Of a stretch of DNA of 64,000 bases, positions 56,402 through 64,000 are shown one piece after another. A program made the translations under genes and the position numbers. The stretch covers positions 172,514 to 236,513 of the forward strand of contig MGJF01000002.1 of the NCBI GenBank assembly GCA_001794125.1, in the 5' to 3' direction. The notes beneath the pieces were generated by a model. That model was not told the origin of the DNA and did not search any database. It saw only the letters and a program-made list of their open reading frames with translations. This stretch comes from Candidatus Yanofskybacteria bacterium RIFCSPHIGHO2_01_FULL_43_32. Its GTDB lineage: Bacteria > Patescibacteriota > Minisyncoccia > 2-02-FULL-40-12 > GWA2-44-9. Each line of letters opens with the position of its first letter. Position 1 is the first letter of the stretch.

Positions 56402-58205
56402 AGACGATAAATTTGAGGAAATTTTGGATTTATTCAAGAATACTGCCGCAAAAGAAGTCATCTTTGTCCTGCCGAAAACGTCAAAAGCTTTCAAAAACGA
56501 AGAACACTTTATCATTCTTGACAATGAAGCCAAAAAGTCGGACAAGAAAATCTCGCTCCTGTGTTCCAGTCCTGACACAAACAAACTCGCAAAGAAATAT
56601 AAATTTGACGTCCTGTTGGCCAAGAGCGGGGACGAAAAACCCTTGATTACCGCTGTGAATCAATTTGATTCCGAAAAGGATGATGAGGAAAAAGAGGAGG
56701 ATACTGAAAAGTCGGAAACGGAACAAGAAGATAAAAATCAGGAAGACAACGACCGAGCGAAGAGCGAGGAAGTACTGAAGCCAGCAGGCCGAATGTACGA
56801 CGATAACGACGAGTTTCAAGTTATGACAGTTTCCAAAATGAGAAGAAGTCTTGAAGGTATCGTAAAACAGGGCGGAAAACCCCTTAAAATAAATCCCCCT
56901 AAAGAACGGCCCGTAAGCCTTTCCGTAAAGAAAAAGCCGGCACATGAATACCAATCCGTGGATGATATTAAAAATGTCTGGAAAGACCAGAACGAGCGTA
57001 TCCGCGTTCCGAGCGAGAGTATCTGGACAGGCATAAACAACAGAACGAGAAAATCCCTCAGAAATTTTCCCAGAAAGTCATTGATCGGCCTTGGCGTAAT
57101 TTCGGTTGTCCTGCTTGGAACCATAATTTACATATCCGCGGGAAACGCCAAAATAGATATAATGCCCAAAAAACAACCCCTTGATATTCAACTGAAGGTT
57201 TCCGCCTCGGATAAATTTTCATTTGTCGACGCCGGATTGAACAAAATCCCCGGCCAATTATTCAGCGTGGAAAAGAATGCCGCTCAAACCTTCCAGACAA
57301 CCGGAGAAAAAGAAGTCGCCCAGAAAGCCAGAGGAACAATCACGGTATTTAATGAATATGGGACTACGCCCCAAGTCCTTATCGCCACCACCAGATTTCA
57401 AACCCCGGACGGACTTATTTTCAGAACACTGAAAAGCATAACGGTTCCGGGAACAAAAGTGGAAAACGGCAAAATAATTCCGGGCAGTATAAGCGTGGAG
57501 GTCGTAGCCGATAAACCGGGGCAGTCATACAATATTCCGGCAGACAAATTCGGCATACCGGCTTTTAACGAACGGGGTGATGCCGGAAGATACGAAAAAA
57601 TATACGGAAAATCCGATGAAACCATGAGGGGCGGAGCTATCGGCAAAGCAAAAGTGGTTACCGATACGGATTTCAACGCCGCCAAACAAACCCTGTCGAA
57701 TCAGGTCACAAAAGACATTCAGGATTCCCTCAAGGCCCAAACCTCCGGATTAAAAGTGCTCAACGCTTCCGCCATTAAACTGAAAGAGCCGGAGTCCACT
57801 GCGAAAGTTGACGAAGCGGCCAATGAATTTATGATGGCAGTGAGCGCCGCGATAAAAACAGTGGGCTTCAAGGAAGACGACTTGAAAGGCCTTATCAGAC
57901 AATATATCGATAAAACTAAAAACCTTACCGCCATTCCCGAAAAACTTTCTACCAGCTATGACAACATAATCCTTGATGAAACCACCGGCATATTGACGTT
58001 CACCGTGAACATCAAAGGCAACGGCTATGCCAAAGTGGATGCCGATAAAATAAAGACGGATCTGGCCGGCAAAAATGAGACGGAGATAAAGAGCTACTTT
58101 AAGGAGGCCGCCGGCGTGGACACGGCCAAGGTGGTGTTATCGCCGTTCTGGGTTAAGAGAATCCCGCAGGATAAGGAGCGAACAAAACTCCAGATAAACT
58201 ATTGA
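56370..58205 (+). CDS. hypothetical membrane-anchored protein with an acidic low-complexity linker
   Basis: 611 aa. The N-terminal domain is followed by a D/E/K-rich stretch, one TM helix (~res. 230), and a large extracytoplasmic C-terminal domain. Its start overlaps the dus 3' end. Confidence 0.45.
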   Translation: MASTKIINVLKDDKFEEILDLFKNTAAKEVIFVLPKTSKAFKNEEHFIILDNEAKKSDKKISLLCSSPDTNKLAKKYKFDVLLAKSGDEKPLITAVNQFDSEKDDEEKEEDTEKSETEQEDKNQEDNDRAKSEEVLKPAGRMYDDNDEFQVMTVSKMRRSLEGIVKQGGKPLKINPPKERPVSLSVKKKPAHEYQSVDDIKNVWKDQNERIRVPSESIWTGINNRTRKSLRNFPRKSLIGLGVISVVLLGTIIYISAGNAKIDIMPKKQPLDIQLKVSASDKFSFVDAGLNKIPGQLFSVEKNAAQTFQTTGEKEVAQKARGTITVFNEYGTTPQVLIATTRFQTPDGLIFRTLKSITVPGTKVENGKIIPGSISVEVVADKPGQSYNIPADKFGIPAFNERGDAGRYEKIYGKSDETMRGGAIGKAKVVTDTDFNAAKQTLSNQVTKDIQDSLKAQTSGLKVLNASAIKLKEPESTAKVDEAANEFMMAVSAAIKTVGFKEDDLKGLIRQYIDKTKNLTAIPEKLSTSYDNIILDETTGILTFTVNIKGNGYAKVDADKIKTDLAGKNETEIKSYFKEAAGVDTAKVVLSPFWVKRIPQDKERTKLQINY

Positions 58206-58241
58206 CAAAAATATAGCGATGTATTAGGATTCAGGAGGTTC

Positions 58242-58445
58242 TTGTTCTTAGAAAAGGGAAAGGTCATGGATTCATTGCTAAATTCAGCTCCAGTAAGAAG
58301 TGCTGTTTCTCAGGTTAATCCGGCCAATCAGAAAGACAAGAAAGACATCCCGTTTATTCTCGGCTTTCTGGAGTATCGCAAGGGTGCGTGCTCGGCCACA
58401 TCAACCGGCTACTGGAACGATCCAGACGCTCTCGACAATACATAG
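58242..58445 (+). CDS. candidate graspetide (microviridin-like) precursor peptide; the start may be the ATG at 58266
   Basis: Leader segment DIPFILGFLEYRKG resembles the microviridin PFFARFL leader motif. The C-terminal core ACSATSTGYWNDPDALDNT is rich in Ser/Thr and Asp. A terminator gcggtccaactggaccgc plus T-run follows. Confidence 0.5.
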   Translation: MFLEKGKVMDSLLNSAPVRSAVSQVNPANQKDKKDIPFILGFLEYRKGACSATSTGYWNDPDALDNT

Positions 58446-58549
58446 TTTACGCGGTCCAACTGGACCGCTTTTTGTTTTGACAGATTAACATTTTAGTGCT
58501 ACGGTATCGGCATCTCTTTTACAAGTAGAACGCGATGAGGTGAGCCAAG

Positions 58550-59515
58550 ATGATATTAGCTATAGGCAACTCTGGGATTCATGAGGTGGATGCATTTAAG
58601 GCCGTTGCTGAATCTTTACAGAGACGGGGCTGCGACCGGGTAGTTCTTTTCAAGCAAGATAAATGTTTGGAAGGCGAATATTTTAATTGTGACGCAAGCA
58701 ATAGTAGATTCGCATATTCAGTCACAATAGACGGTAAGCAGTATAACGTAGAAGATTTTTCGGCTGTTTGGTATCTGAAACCCCATCTGCCACGAGAGCT
58801 GATGACCTATGAACCTGCAAAATACAGGCAACTGCTACAAAGACAGTTTCAGGAAATGCGGCAGGCGGTTTGGACGATATTTAGCCACAAGAAATGGGTA
58901 AACGACCCATGGCAGGAACTAAAGGTCGACAACAAGGCCTTTCAGCTTAATCTTGCCGTTCAAACCGGGTTCAAAATTCCTGATACATTGATAACATCCG
59001 ACCCGGAAAGAGTGAGAAATTTCTTCAATGCTCATAATGAAGATGTAATCTTCAAACTCTTGGCAGCCAGTCCAATCCAGGACGAAGTTATGTATACTAA
59101 TCGGTTGACCAGAGATTTTCTCAAGAATATCGAAAGAATCAAATCCTCGCCGACCATTTTTCAGGCATACGTACCCAAGGCCTACGAACTTAGAATAACC
59201 ATCGCCGGGGATAAAATATTTCCTGCTAAAATCTATTCGCAGGATGATTCAGGAACAGCCCTCGATTGGAGAAGGCGGCCTAAGCTAAATGACTTTGAGG
59301 CAAAGATGGAGATAACAGAACTCCCGCTCCATATCGAGCAAAGTATCAGAAGCTTTATGCTGGCGGCTAAACTTGACTTTGGCTGTTTCGATATGATAGT
59401 AACGCCGGACGGGGAGTATGTATTCCTTGAAATAAATCCCAGTGGCCAGTGGTATTTTGTCCAACTGCGGACAGAAGCTAAAATAGGAGAGGCAGTCGCG
59501 GATCTGCTTGTATAA
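58550..59515 (+). CDS. ATP-grasp enzyme, RiPP (graspetide) maturase-like (MdnC/MvdD family)
   Basis: An ATP-grasp fold. C-terminal FGCFDMIVTPDGEYVFLEINPSGQWYFVQ matches the LEINP.GQW signature of the peptide ligase subfamily. EDVIFKLLAASP is the ATP-binding Lys region. Confidence 0.65.
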   Translation: MILAIGNSGIHEVDAFKAVAESLQRRGCDRVVLFKQDKCLEGEYFNCDASNSRFAYSVTIDGKQYNVEDFSAVWYLKPHLPRELMTYEPAKYRQLLQRQFQEMRQAVWTIFSHKKWVNDPWQELKVDNKAFQLNLAVQTGFKIPDTLITSDPERVRNFFNAHNEDVIFKLLAASPIQDEVMYTNRLTRDFLKNIERIKSSPTIFQAYVPKAYELRITIAGDKIFPAKIYSQDDSGTALDWRRRPKLNDFEAKMEITELPLHIEQSIRSFMLAAKLDFGCFDMIVTPDGEYVFLEINPSGQWYFVQLRTEAKIGEAVADLLV

Positions 59516-59574
59516 AAAGTGGGGGAAAGGCATAATTAAGCCCGGTACCCCTTTTAAATCCCAATTTTAATAGA

Positions 59575-59979
59575 ATGAATAAACTTTTAGAAAAACAGAT
59601 AATACAGATGAAGGAGATAGAACAAGAGCTTCGCCTTAATGCAAAGCCTGGCAAAGACCCGGCTAACTATCTTATATATGCTGTTGATATCGGCCACAAC
59701 CAAATGATTTGGCGCATCATTGAGCAGTACGGATATCCGACAAAGAAGATGATAGGCGAAAAAGGAATGAAAGCGTTTTGGTTGTTGATCCAGCATCAGG
59801 ATTATGACCTTGAACTTCAGAAGCAGTGCTTAAAAAACTGCGATTTTGACGTTGAATCAAAACAGCTTTTAACAGACAGAGTGCTGATTAATAGCGGTGA
59901 AAAGCAGATTTATGGAACCCAGCATATGAGATTGCCGGACGGGAAAATAGTGGTGGCTCCTGTCAAAAAGCGAAAATAG
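59575..59979 (+). CDS. hypothetical protein adjacent to the ATP-grasp gene
   Basis: A 134-aa ORF 60 nt downstream on the same strand. Confidence 0.4.
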   Translation: MNKLLEKQIIQMKEIEQELRLNAKPGKDPANYLIYAVDIGHNQMIWRIIEQYGYPTKKMIGEKGMKAFWLLIQHQDYDLELQKQCLKNCDFDVESKQLLTDRVLINSGEKQIYGTQHMRLPDGKIVVAPVKKRK

Positions 59980-60017
59980 CAACGATTGCATGCGACACAG
60001 AATACCCACAGAATCTG

Positions 60018-60046
60018 TTGACATTTAAAGGCGGTTTTGATAAAAT
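60018..60046 (+). promoter_or_regulatory. sigma70-type promoter (TTGACA, 17-nt spacer, TAAAAT) for the infA ribosomal cluster, implying a ~230-nt structured leader
   Basis: Consensus -35 and a good -10. The leader holds mutually exclusive helices ggtcg...cgacc and ccgac...gtcgg. Confidence 0.4.
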
Positions 60047-60283
60047 GAGAGGGCTTTAAAATATCATGTGTTTAGGCGGGTCCCATGATTCCTAAGTGGT
60101 GGACCTTCCGCCTACGGTAGTATTAAACCACTTGTTTTTAGTAGCGGAGTGCTGGTCGTGCTTTAGCCGACCGATGCTCTCTGTCGGGAGAAATTCATTT
60201 TGAACCCCGCCCTTGAAAAGCATATCAATATTTCTAACGGGAAGGGTTTCAAATAATAGTTAAGCATTGGAACTAAACAGCCG

Positions 60284-60511
60284 ATGCTTTTCAAGAGCGG
60301 GGTGAAAGAACAAAAAGAAAAATTTAACGGCACAGTAGTAGAGTCATTACCCGGCACGACCTTTACCGTTGAGCTGGAAGATGGCCGTAAAATTTTAGCA
60401 TATCTTGCGGGAAAGATGAGATTAAACTATATAAAGGTAATGCCCGGCGACAAAGTTGCGGTAGAATTAAGCCCCGACGGGTTAAGGGGAAGAATAACGT
60501 TTAGATTCTAA
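60284..60511 (+). CDS. infA: translation initiation factor IF-1
   Basis: [61 protein letters not shown] (S1-like OB fold). Confidence 0.92.
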   Translation: MLFKSGVKEQKEKFNGTVVESLPGTTFTVELEDGRKILAYLAGKMRLNYIKVMPGDKVAVELSPDGLRGRITFRF

Positions 60512-60512
60512 T

Positions 60513-60626
60513 ATGAAAGTACGAGCATCGGTCAAAAAAATGTGCATAAACTGCAAATTGGTAAGGCGAAAGGGCCGTCTTTATTGCATATGCAAGAATC
60601 CGAAGCATAAACAGCGACAGGGCTAA
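60513..60626 (+). CDS. rpmJ: 50S ribosomal protein L36
   Basis: [37 protein letters not shown], a Zn-ribbon L36. It is under 60 aa so absent from the ORF track. Confidence 0.85.
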   Translation: MKVRASVKKMCINCKLVRRKGRLYCICKNPKHKQRQG

Positions 60627-60637
60627 TTTTAAATTAT

Positions 60638-61024
60638 ATGGCGCGTATTTTAGGAATAAACATTCCCGACAACAAAAAAATATTATATTCGCTGACCTAC
60701 ATATACGGGGTGGGCCGGCCTTCAAGCAAAATTATTTTGAGATCCTCAAATATATCCGCCGATAAACTGGCCAAAGATCTTACCACTGAAGAATTGAACA
60801 AGATACAGAAGATTTTGGAAAAGAGCTACAAGGTTGAAGGGGATTTGCGCAAAGACATCGGTCAGAATATTAAACGCTTAAAAGAGATCGGGAGCTGGAG
60901 GGGGTTAAGGCATGCCAGAAAACTGCCCATCCACGGACGTTCCAAAACAAATTCCAGAACTTTGAGGGGAAATGTGAGAAAAACGATGGGTTCGGGAAGA
61001 AAGTCGTCATCGGATAAGACTTAA
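60638..61024 (+). CDS. rpsM: 30S ribosomal protein S13
   Basis: MARILGINIPDNKKILYSLTYIYGVGR...WRGLRHARKLPIHGRSKTNSRT. Confidence 0.92.
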   Translation: MARILGINIPDNKKILYSLTYIYGVGRPSSKIILRSSNISADKLAKDLTTEELNKIQKILEKSYKVEGDLRKDIGQNIKRLKEIGSWRGLRHARKLPIHGRSKTNSRTLRGNVRKTMGSGRKSSSDKT

Positions 61025-61028
61025 TCAT

Positions 61029-61469
61029 ATGGGACAGAAAAAAATAATAACAAAAACAGAAGAAGACATAAAACCCGTTACAGAAGGGGTTGTTAGCGCT
61101 TCCAAGAAATCAACCAAGAAGCAGGTCATCAACGGAGTCGCCCACATCAACATTTCATACAATAATACGCTCATCGACATCAGCGACCTTAAGGGCGATA
61201 TTCTCGCCTGGTCTTCCTCTGGTTTACTTGGATTTAAAGGAGCAAGAAAATCAACTCCATATGCCGCCAACATGGTGGCTAAGGATGTTTTTGAAAAGGC
61301 AAAAAAATACAATTTAATGAATATCAAAGTTGTTGTTAAAGGTATCGGTCCGGGCCGTGAATCGGCTATCCGAGGATTAGCCGGAACCGGATTAAACCTT
61401 ACTTCGATACAGGATGCGACCCCGATTGCGCACAACGGCGTCCGCAGATCTAAACCACGCAGAGTTTAG
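61029..61469 (+). CDS. rpsK: 30S ribosomal protein S11
   Basis: GVAHINISYNNTLIDISDLKGDILAWSSSG...TPYAA. Confidence 0.92.
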   Translation: MGQKKIITKTEEDIKPVTEGVVSASKKSTKKQVINGVAHINISYNNTLIDISDLKGDILAWSSSGLLGFKGARKSTPYAANMVAKDVFEKAKKYNLMNIKVVVKGIGPGRESAIRGLAGTGLNLTSIQDATPIAHNGVRRSKPRRV

Positions 61470-61503
61470 TATTTAGGTATTAGAATTTAGAAATTATAAA
61501 TAT

Positions 61504-62139
61504 ATGGCACGTTACACAGGACCAAAAGAAAAAATAGAAAGAAGGTTAGGCGAAAAGCTTTACTTAAAAGGCGAGAGATCATATTCCCAGAAATCCGCTA
61601 TGACCAAAAAACCGTATCCGCCCGGAATGCACGGCCAGAAGGGTTCCAGAAAAGCATCGGAATTCGCCCAACAGTTAAAATCCAAACAGAAAATAAAGAA
61701 CATTTACCGACTGCTGGAAAAACAATTCAAGAATTACATTAAAGCTTCCATCAATTCCAAAAAAGAACCGTACGAATTTATTCTGAAAGAGCTTGAGAAC
61801 CGGTTGGATAATGTCGTTTTCCGGATGGGATTCGGCCAATCAAGAGATCAGGCCAAACAGCTTGTGAATCATGGACACATCCTGGTAAACGGAAAAAGGG
61901 TCACGATCCCTTCTTTCAAAGTCAAAATAGGCGATGAGCTCAAGATAAGAGAAGGAAGCCTGAAAAGCCCCTTCTTTATGAATCTTATGCCGGTATGGCT
62001 CAAAAAATACGACGCGCCCGCATGGATTCAACTGGACAAGGAAAAGATGACGGCAAAAATAAAGGGTCAGCCGACGCTTCCGGAAAGCGGAATAAACGTC
62101 GGGGACCTGCAGGCAATAATTGAGTTTTATTCAAGGTAA
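61504..62139 (+). CDS. rpsD: 30S ribosomal protein S4
   Basis: MARYTGPKEKIERRLGEKLYLKGERSYS ... S4 domain NHGHILVNGKRVTIPSFKVKIGDEL. Confidence 0.92.
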   Translation: MARYTGPKEKIERRLGEKLYLKGERSYSQKSAMTKKPYPPGMHGQKGSRKASEFAQQLKSKQKIKNIYRLLEKQFKNYIKASINSKKEPYEFILKELENRLDNVVFRMGFGQSRDQAKQLVNHGHILVNGKRVTIPSFKVKIGDELKIREGSLKSPFFMNLMPVWLKKYDAPAWIQLDKEKMTAKIKGQPTLPESGINVGDLQAIIEFYSR

Positions 62140-62187
62140 TTAATATGTGTCATGTGCTGATTATTAAGGCGCATTACATAAAACAAA

Positions 62188-62928
62188 ATGATACAGATAC
62201 CGGAACAAATTAAAGTGTTGTCGAAGGAGGGTTCAAAAACCACGTTTGAAATATCTCCATTGATGCCGGGCTACGGAGCCACGATAGCAAACCCGTTAAG
62301 GAGGGTGCTGTTGTCGTCTTTGGAGGGAGCCGCTATCACCTCGGTTAAAATAAAAGGCGTCGACCATGAGTTCTCAAGCATCTCCGGGGTTTTGGAGGAT
62401 GTCGTCGAAGTCATTTTGAATATCAAAAAAATCAGATTTAAGCTTCACGGAGACGGTCCGGTCAAACTGACCTTGGATGTCAAAGGAGAAAAAACCGTCA
62501 CAGCCGCGGATATCAAGCTTACCTCTGATATTGAATTGATAAACGAAGACCAGCACATTGCCACCATTACCGACAAGAAAATGGGCTTGAGCATGGAATT
62601 GGAAGTGGAAAAAGGCGTCGGCTACGTGCCGGTTGAGCAGAGACAAAAAGAAAAACTCGCCATCGGAGTTATCGCCGTTGACGCTATTTTTTCACCCGTT
62701 AAACTCGTCAACTTCAAGATAGAAAACGTCCGCGTGGGCCAGAGAATCGATTTCAACAAGGTTGTAATGGAAATAGAAACGGACGGTTCCATAGAACCGG
62801 AGGAAGCAATGAAGAAAGCTTCTGAAATTCTTGTTGACCACTTTAAGTTGATTTCGGATGTTAAGACGGAAGAAAAGACGGCAAAGCCGAAGAAAACCAA
62901 AGCAACTGCCAAGAAAAAGTCCAAATAA
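62188..62928 (+). CDS. rpoA: DNA-directed RNA polymerase subunit alpha (N-terminal domain only; the alpha-CTD is absent and a Lys-rich tail replaces it)
   Basis: The alpha-NTD is present (GYGATIANPLRRVLLSSLEGAAIT...). The protein ends ...ILVDHFKLISDVKTEEKTAKPKKTKATAKKKSK at 246 aa, with no HhH-containing CTD. Confidence 0.88.
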   Translation: MIQIPEQIKVLSKEGSKTTFEISPLMPGYGATIANPLRRVLLSSLEGAAITSVKIKGVDHEFSSISGVLEDVVEVILNIKKIRFKLHGDGPVKLTLDVKGEKTVTAADIKLTSDIELINEDQHIATITDKKMGLSMELEVEKGVGYVPVEQRQKEKLAIGVIAVDAIFSPVKLVNFKIENVRVGQRIDFNKVVMEIETDGSIEPEEAMKKASEILVDHFKLISDVKTEEKTAKPKKTKATAKKKSK

Positions 62929-62931
62929 AAT

Positions 62932-63279
62932 ATGAGAAGGGGCAAACATCGAAAATTCGGAAGAGAGGCGGGACAAAGAAAGGTGCTTTACCGGGCTTTG
63001 GCGACAGCGTTGATAGAACACGGCAAAATAAAAACCACTTCCGCCAAAGCCAAATCGTTGACCGTCTACATCGCCAAACTGATAACTACGGCTAAGAAGC
63101 AGGATTTGGCCGCGCGAAGATCGGTTCTAACGCAGATAGGCGAAAAAGCCGCTAAGAAACTGATGTCCGAGATAGCTCCCGATTTTGCTTCGCGAAACGG
63201 CGGATATACCAGAATACTGCGATTGGGCCAGAGAAGGTCCGATAGCGCCGAGATGGTTATTATAGAATTTACTAAATAA
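62932..63279 (+). CDS. rplQ: 50S ribosomal protein L17
   Basis: MRRGKHRKFGREAGQRKVLYRALATALIEHGKIKTT. Confidence 0.92.
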   Translation: MRRGKHRKFGREAGQRKVLYRALATALIEHGKIKTTSAKAKSLTVYIAKLITTAKKQDLAARRSVLTQIGEKAAKKLMSEIAPDFASRNGGYTRILRLGQRRSDSAEMVIIEFTK

Positions 63280-63280
63280 T

Positions 63281-63625
63281 ATGAAGACCGTTGAAATAGA
63301 CGCAACAAATGAAACATTGGGAAGATTGGCATCAAAGATCGCCGTACTTTTGCGCGGTAAGAATTCAGCTTCATATCAGCCCGAGGTTTTGCCCGAGGTT
63401 GAGGTCACGGTAAAGAATGCCGATAAGATCAGATTTACCGGTTCCAAATTCGCTACCAAGACCTACTATCACTATTCCGGATACCACAGTGGCATCAGGG
63501 CAAGGAAACTGTCCGAACTCTGGGAAACAAGGCCGACCGAAGTTATCAGAGACTGCGTTTACAGAATGCTTCCCAAGAACAAGACCAGAGATAAAATAAT
63601 TAAAAATCTTAAATTCGCAAAATAA
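63281..63625 (+). CDS. rplM: 50S ribosomal protein L13
   Basis: IDATNETLGRLASKIAVLLRGKN...YYHYSGYHSGIRARKLSEL. Confidence 0.92.
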   Translation: MKTVEIDATNETLGRLASKIAVLLRGKNSASYQPEVLPEVEVTVKNADKIRFTGSKFATKTYYHYSGYHSGIRARKLSELWETRPTEVIRDCVYRMLPKNKTRDKIIKNLKFAK

Positions 63626-63627
63626 CA

Positions 63628-64000
63628 ATGGCACCAGTTAAAAAAACAACCAAAAAACCGGCTGTCAAAAAAGCTGCCGTAAAACATAAGGCCGTAGCCA
63701 AACCGAAACCTGTCGTCAAAGAAGAGGAGATTTTGGTTGAAATAGCTCCCGTTGAAGTAGCTGAAGTCGCCAATGGCAACGGCAAAGAAAAATATTTCCA
63801 GGCCATCGGACGAAGAAAAGAGTCCATTGCCCGAGTGCGTTTGTATACTAAAAAGTCCACCGATACCGTTGAAGGAGAAAAAGCCCTTGTTGTCGTAAAC
63901 GGCAAGGACTACAGAAGCTACTTCTCCGATGTTAACCTCTGGAGCATTGTTGAATCGCCCTTGAGAAAGCTCAAATCATTAAACCGCTTCAAGGCCACGG
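63628..64000 (+). CDS. rpsI: 30S ribosomal protein S9 (3' end beyond the window); it has a Lys/Ala-rich N-terminal extension
   Basis: ...KYFQAIGRRKESIARVRLYTKKSTDT...VVVNGKDYRSYF. The frame is open to the window end. Confidence 0.85.
   Translation, partial: MAPVKKTTKKPAVKKAAVKHKAVAKPKPVVKEEEILVEIAPVEVAEVANGNGKEKYFQAIGRRKESIARVRLYTKKSTDTVEGEKALVVVNGKDYRSYFSDVNLWSIVESPLRKLKSLNRFKAT

Noticed and set aside
1-64000. CRISPR arrays, IS elements/transposases, integrases or prophage genes
   Set aside because: I saw no direct-repeat/spacer array, no transposase or integrase ORF, and no phage structural genes. Mobility signals are limited to the small repeat families and the GC-rich cassettes.

Overview
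This is an AT-rich (~40% GC), compact bacterial window. Most intergenic spaces are short and genes often overlap by 1-4 nt. Several proteins are reduced forms: AlaRS is 594 aa, RpoA lacks the alpha-CTD, and DnaX is 350 aa. Many genes encode small membrane or secreted proteins. I infer a CPR/Patescibacteria-like (Parcubacteria-type) genome. I recognise roughly 80 CDS, 3 tRNAs (Gly-TCC, Arg-TCT, Pro-TGG) and the start of the infA-rpmJ-rpsM-rpsK-rpsD-rpoA-rplQ cluster followed by rplM-rpsI. The CDS include murB, dnaX, a GT2/GT4/GT39 glycosylation set, a DsbB-DsbA pair, a copA copper locus, nadA, mnmA, gpmI, rny, HU, PBP1A, alaS and dus.

The observations I rate highest:
- A small precursor peptide plus ATP-grasp ligase pair that looks like a graspetide (microviridin-like) RiPP cluster.
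- A ~90-nt repeat family present in 3 copies, with compensatory stem changes between copies. The copies sit next to GC-rich, probably foreign cargo genes. One cargo gene, a NADAR protein, is bracketed by inverted copies in a MITE/cassette-like arrangement. It lies beside a membrane PH-Schlafen/AlbA_2 protein.
- Several GC-rich, highly structured non-coding islands, where every ORF on both strands looks like junk. One (~680 nt, 3132-3815) is delimited by a consensus sigma70 promoter and an intrinsic terminator. Another holds a promoter- and terminator-bounded ~140-nt minus-strand sRNA candidate.
- A 25-29 nt palindrome family (3 copies) acting as bidirectional terminators.
- A VirD4/TrwB-like coupling-protein ATPase with no relaxase nearby.
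- A pilin-like TIG surface protein next to two SLT-domain proteins.

All calls rest on reading the sequence and the ORF translations by eye. No searches were run.
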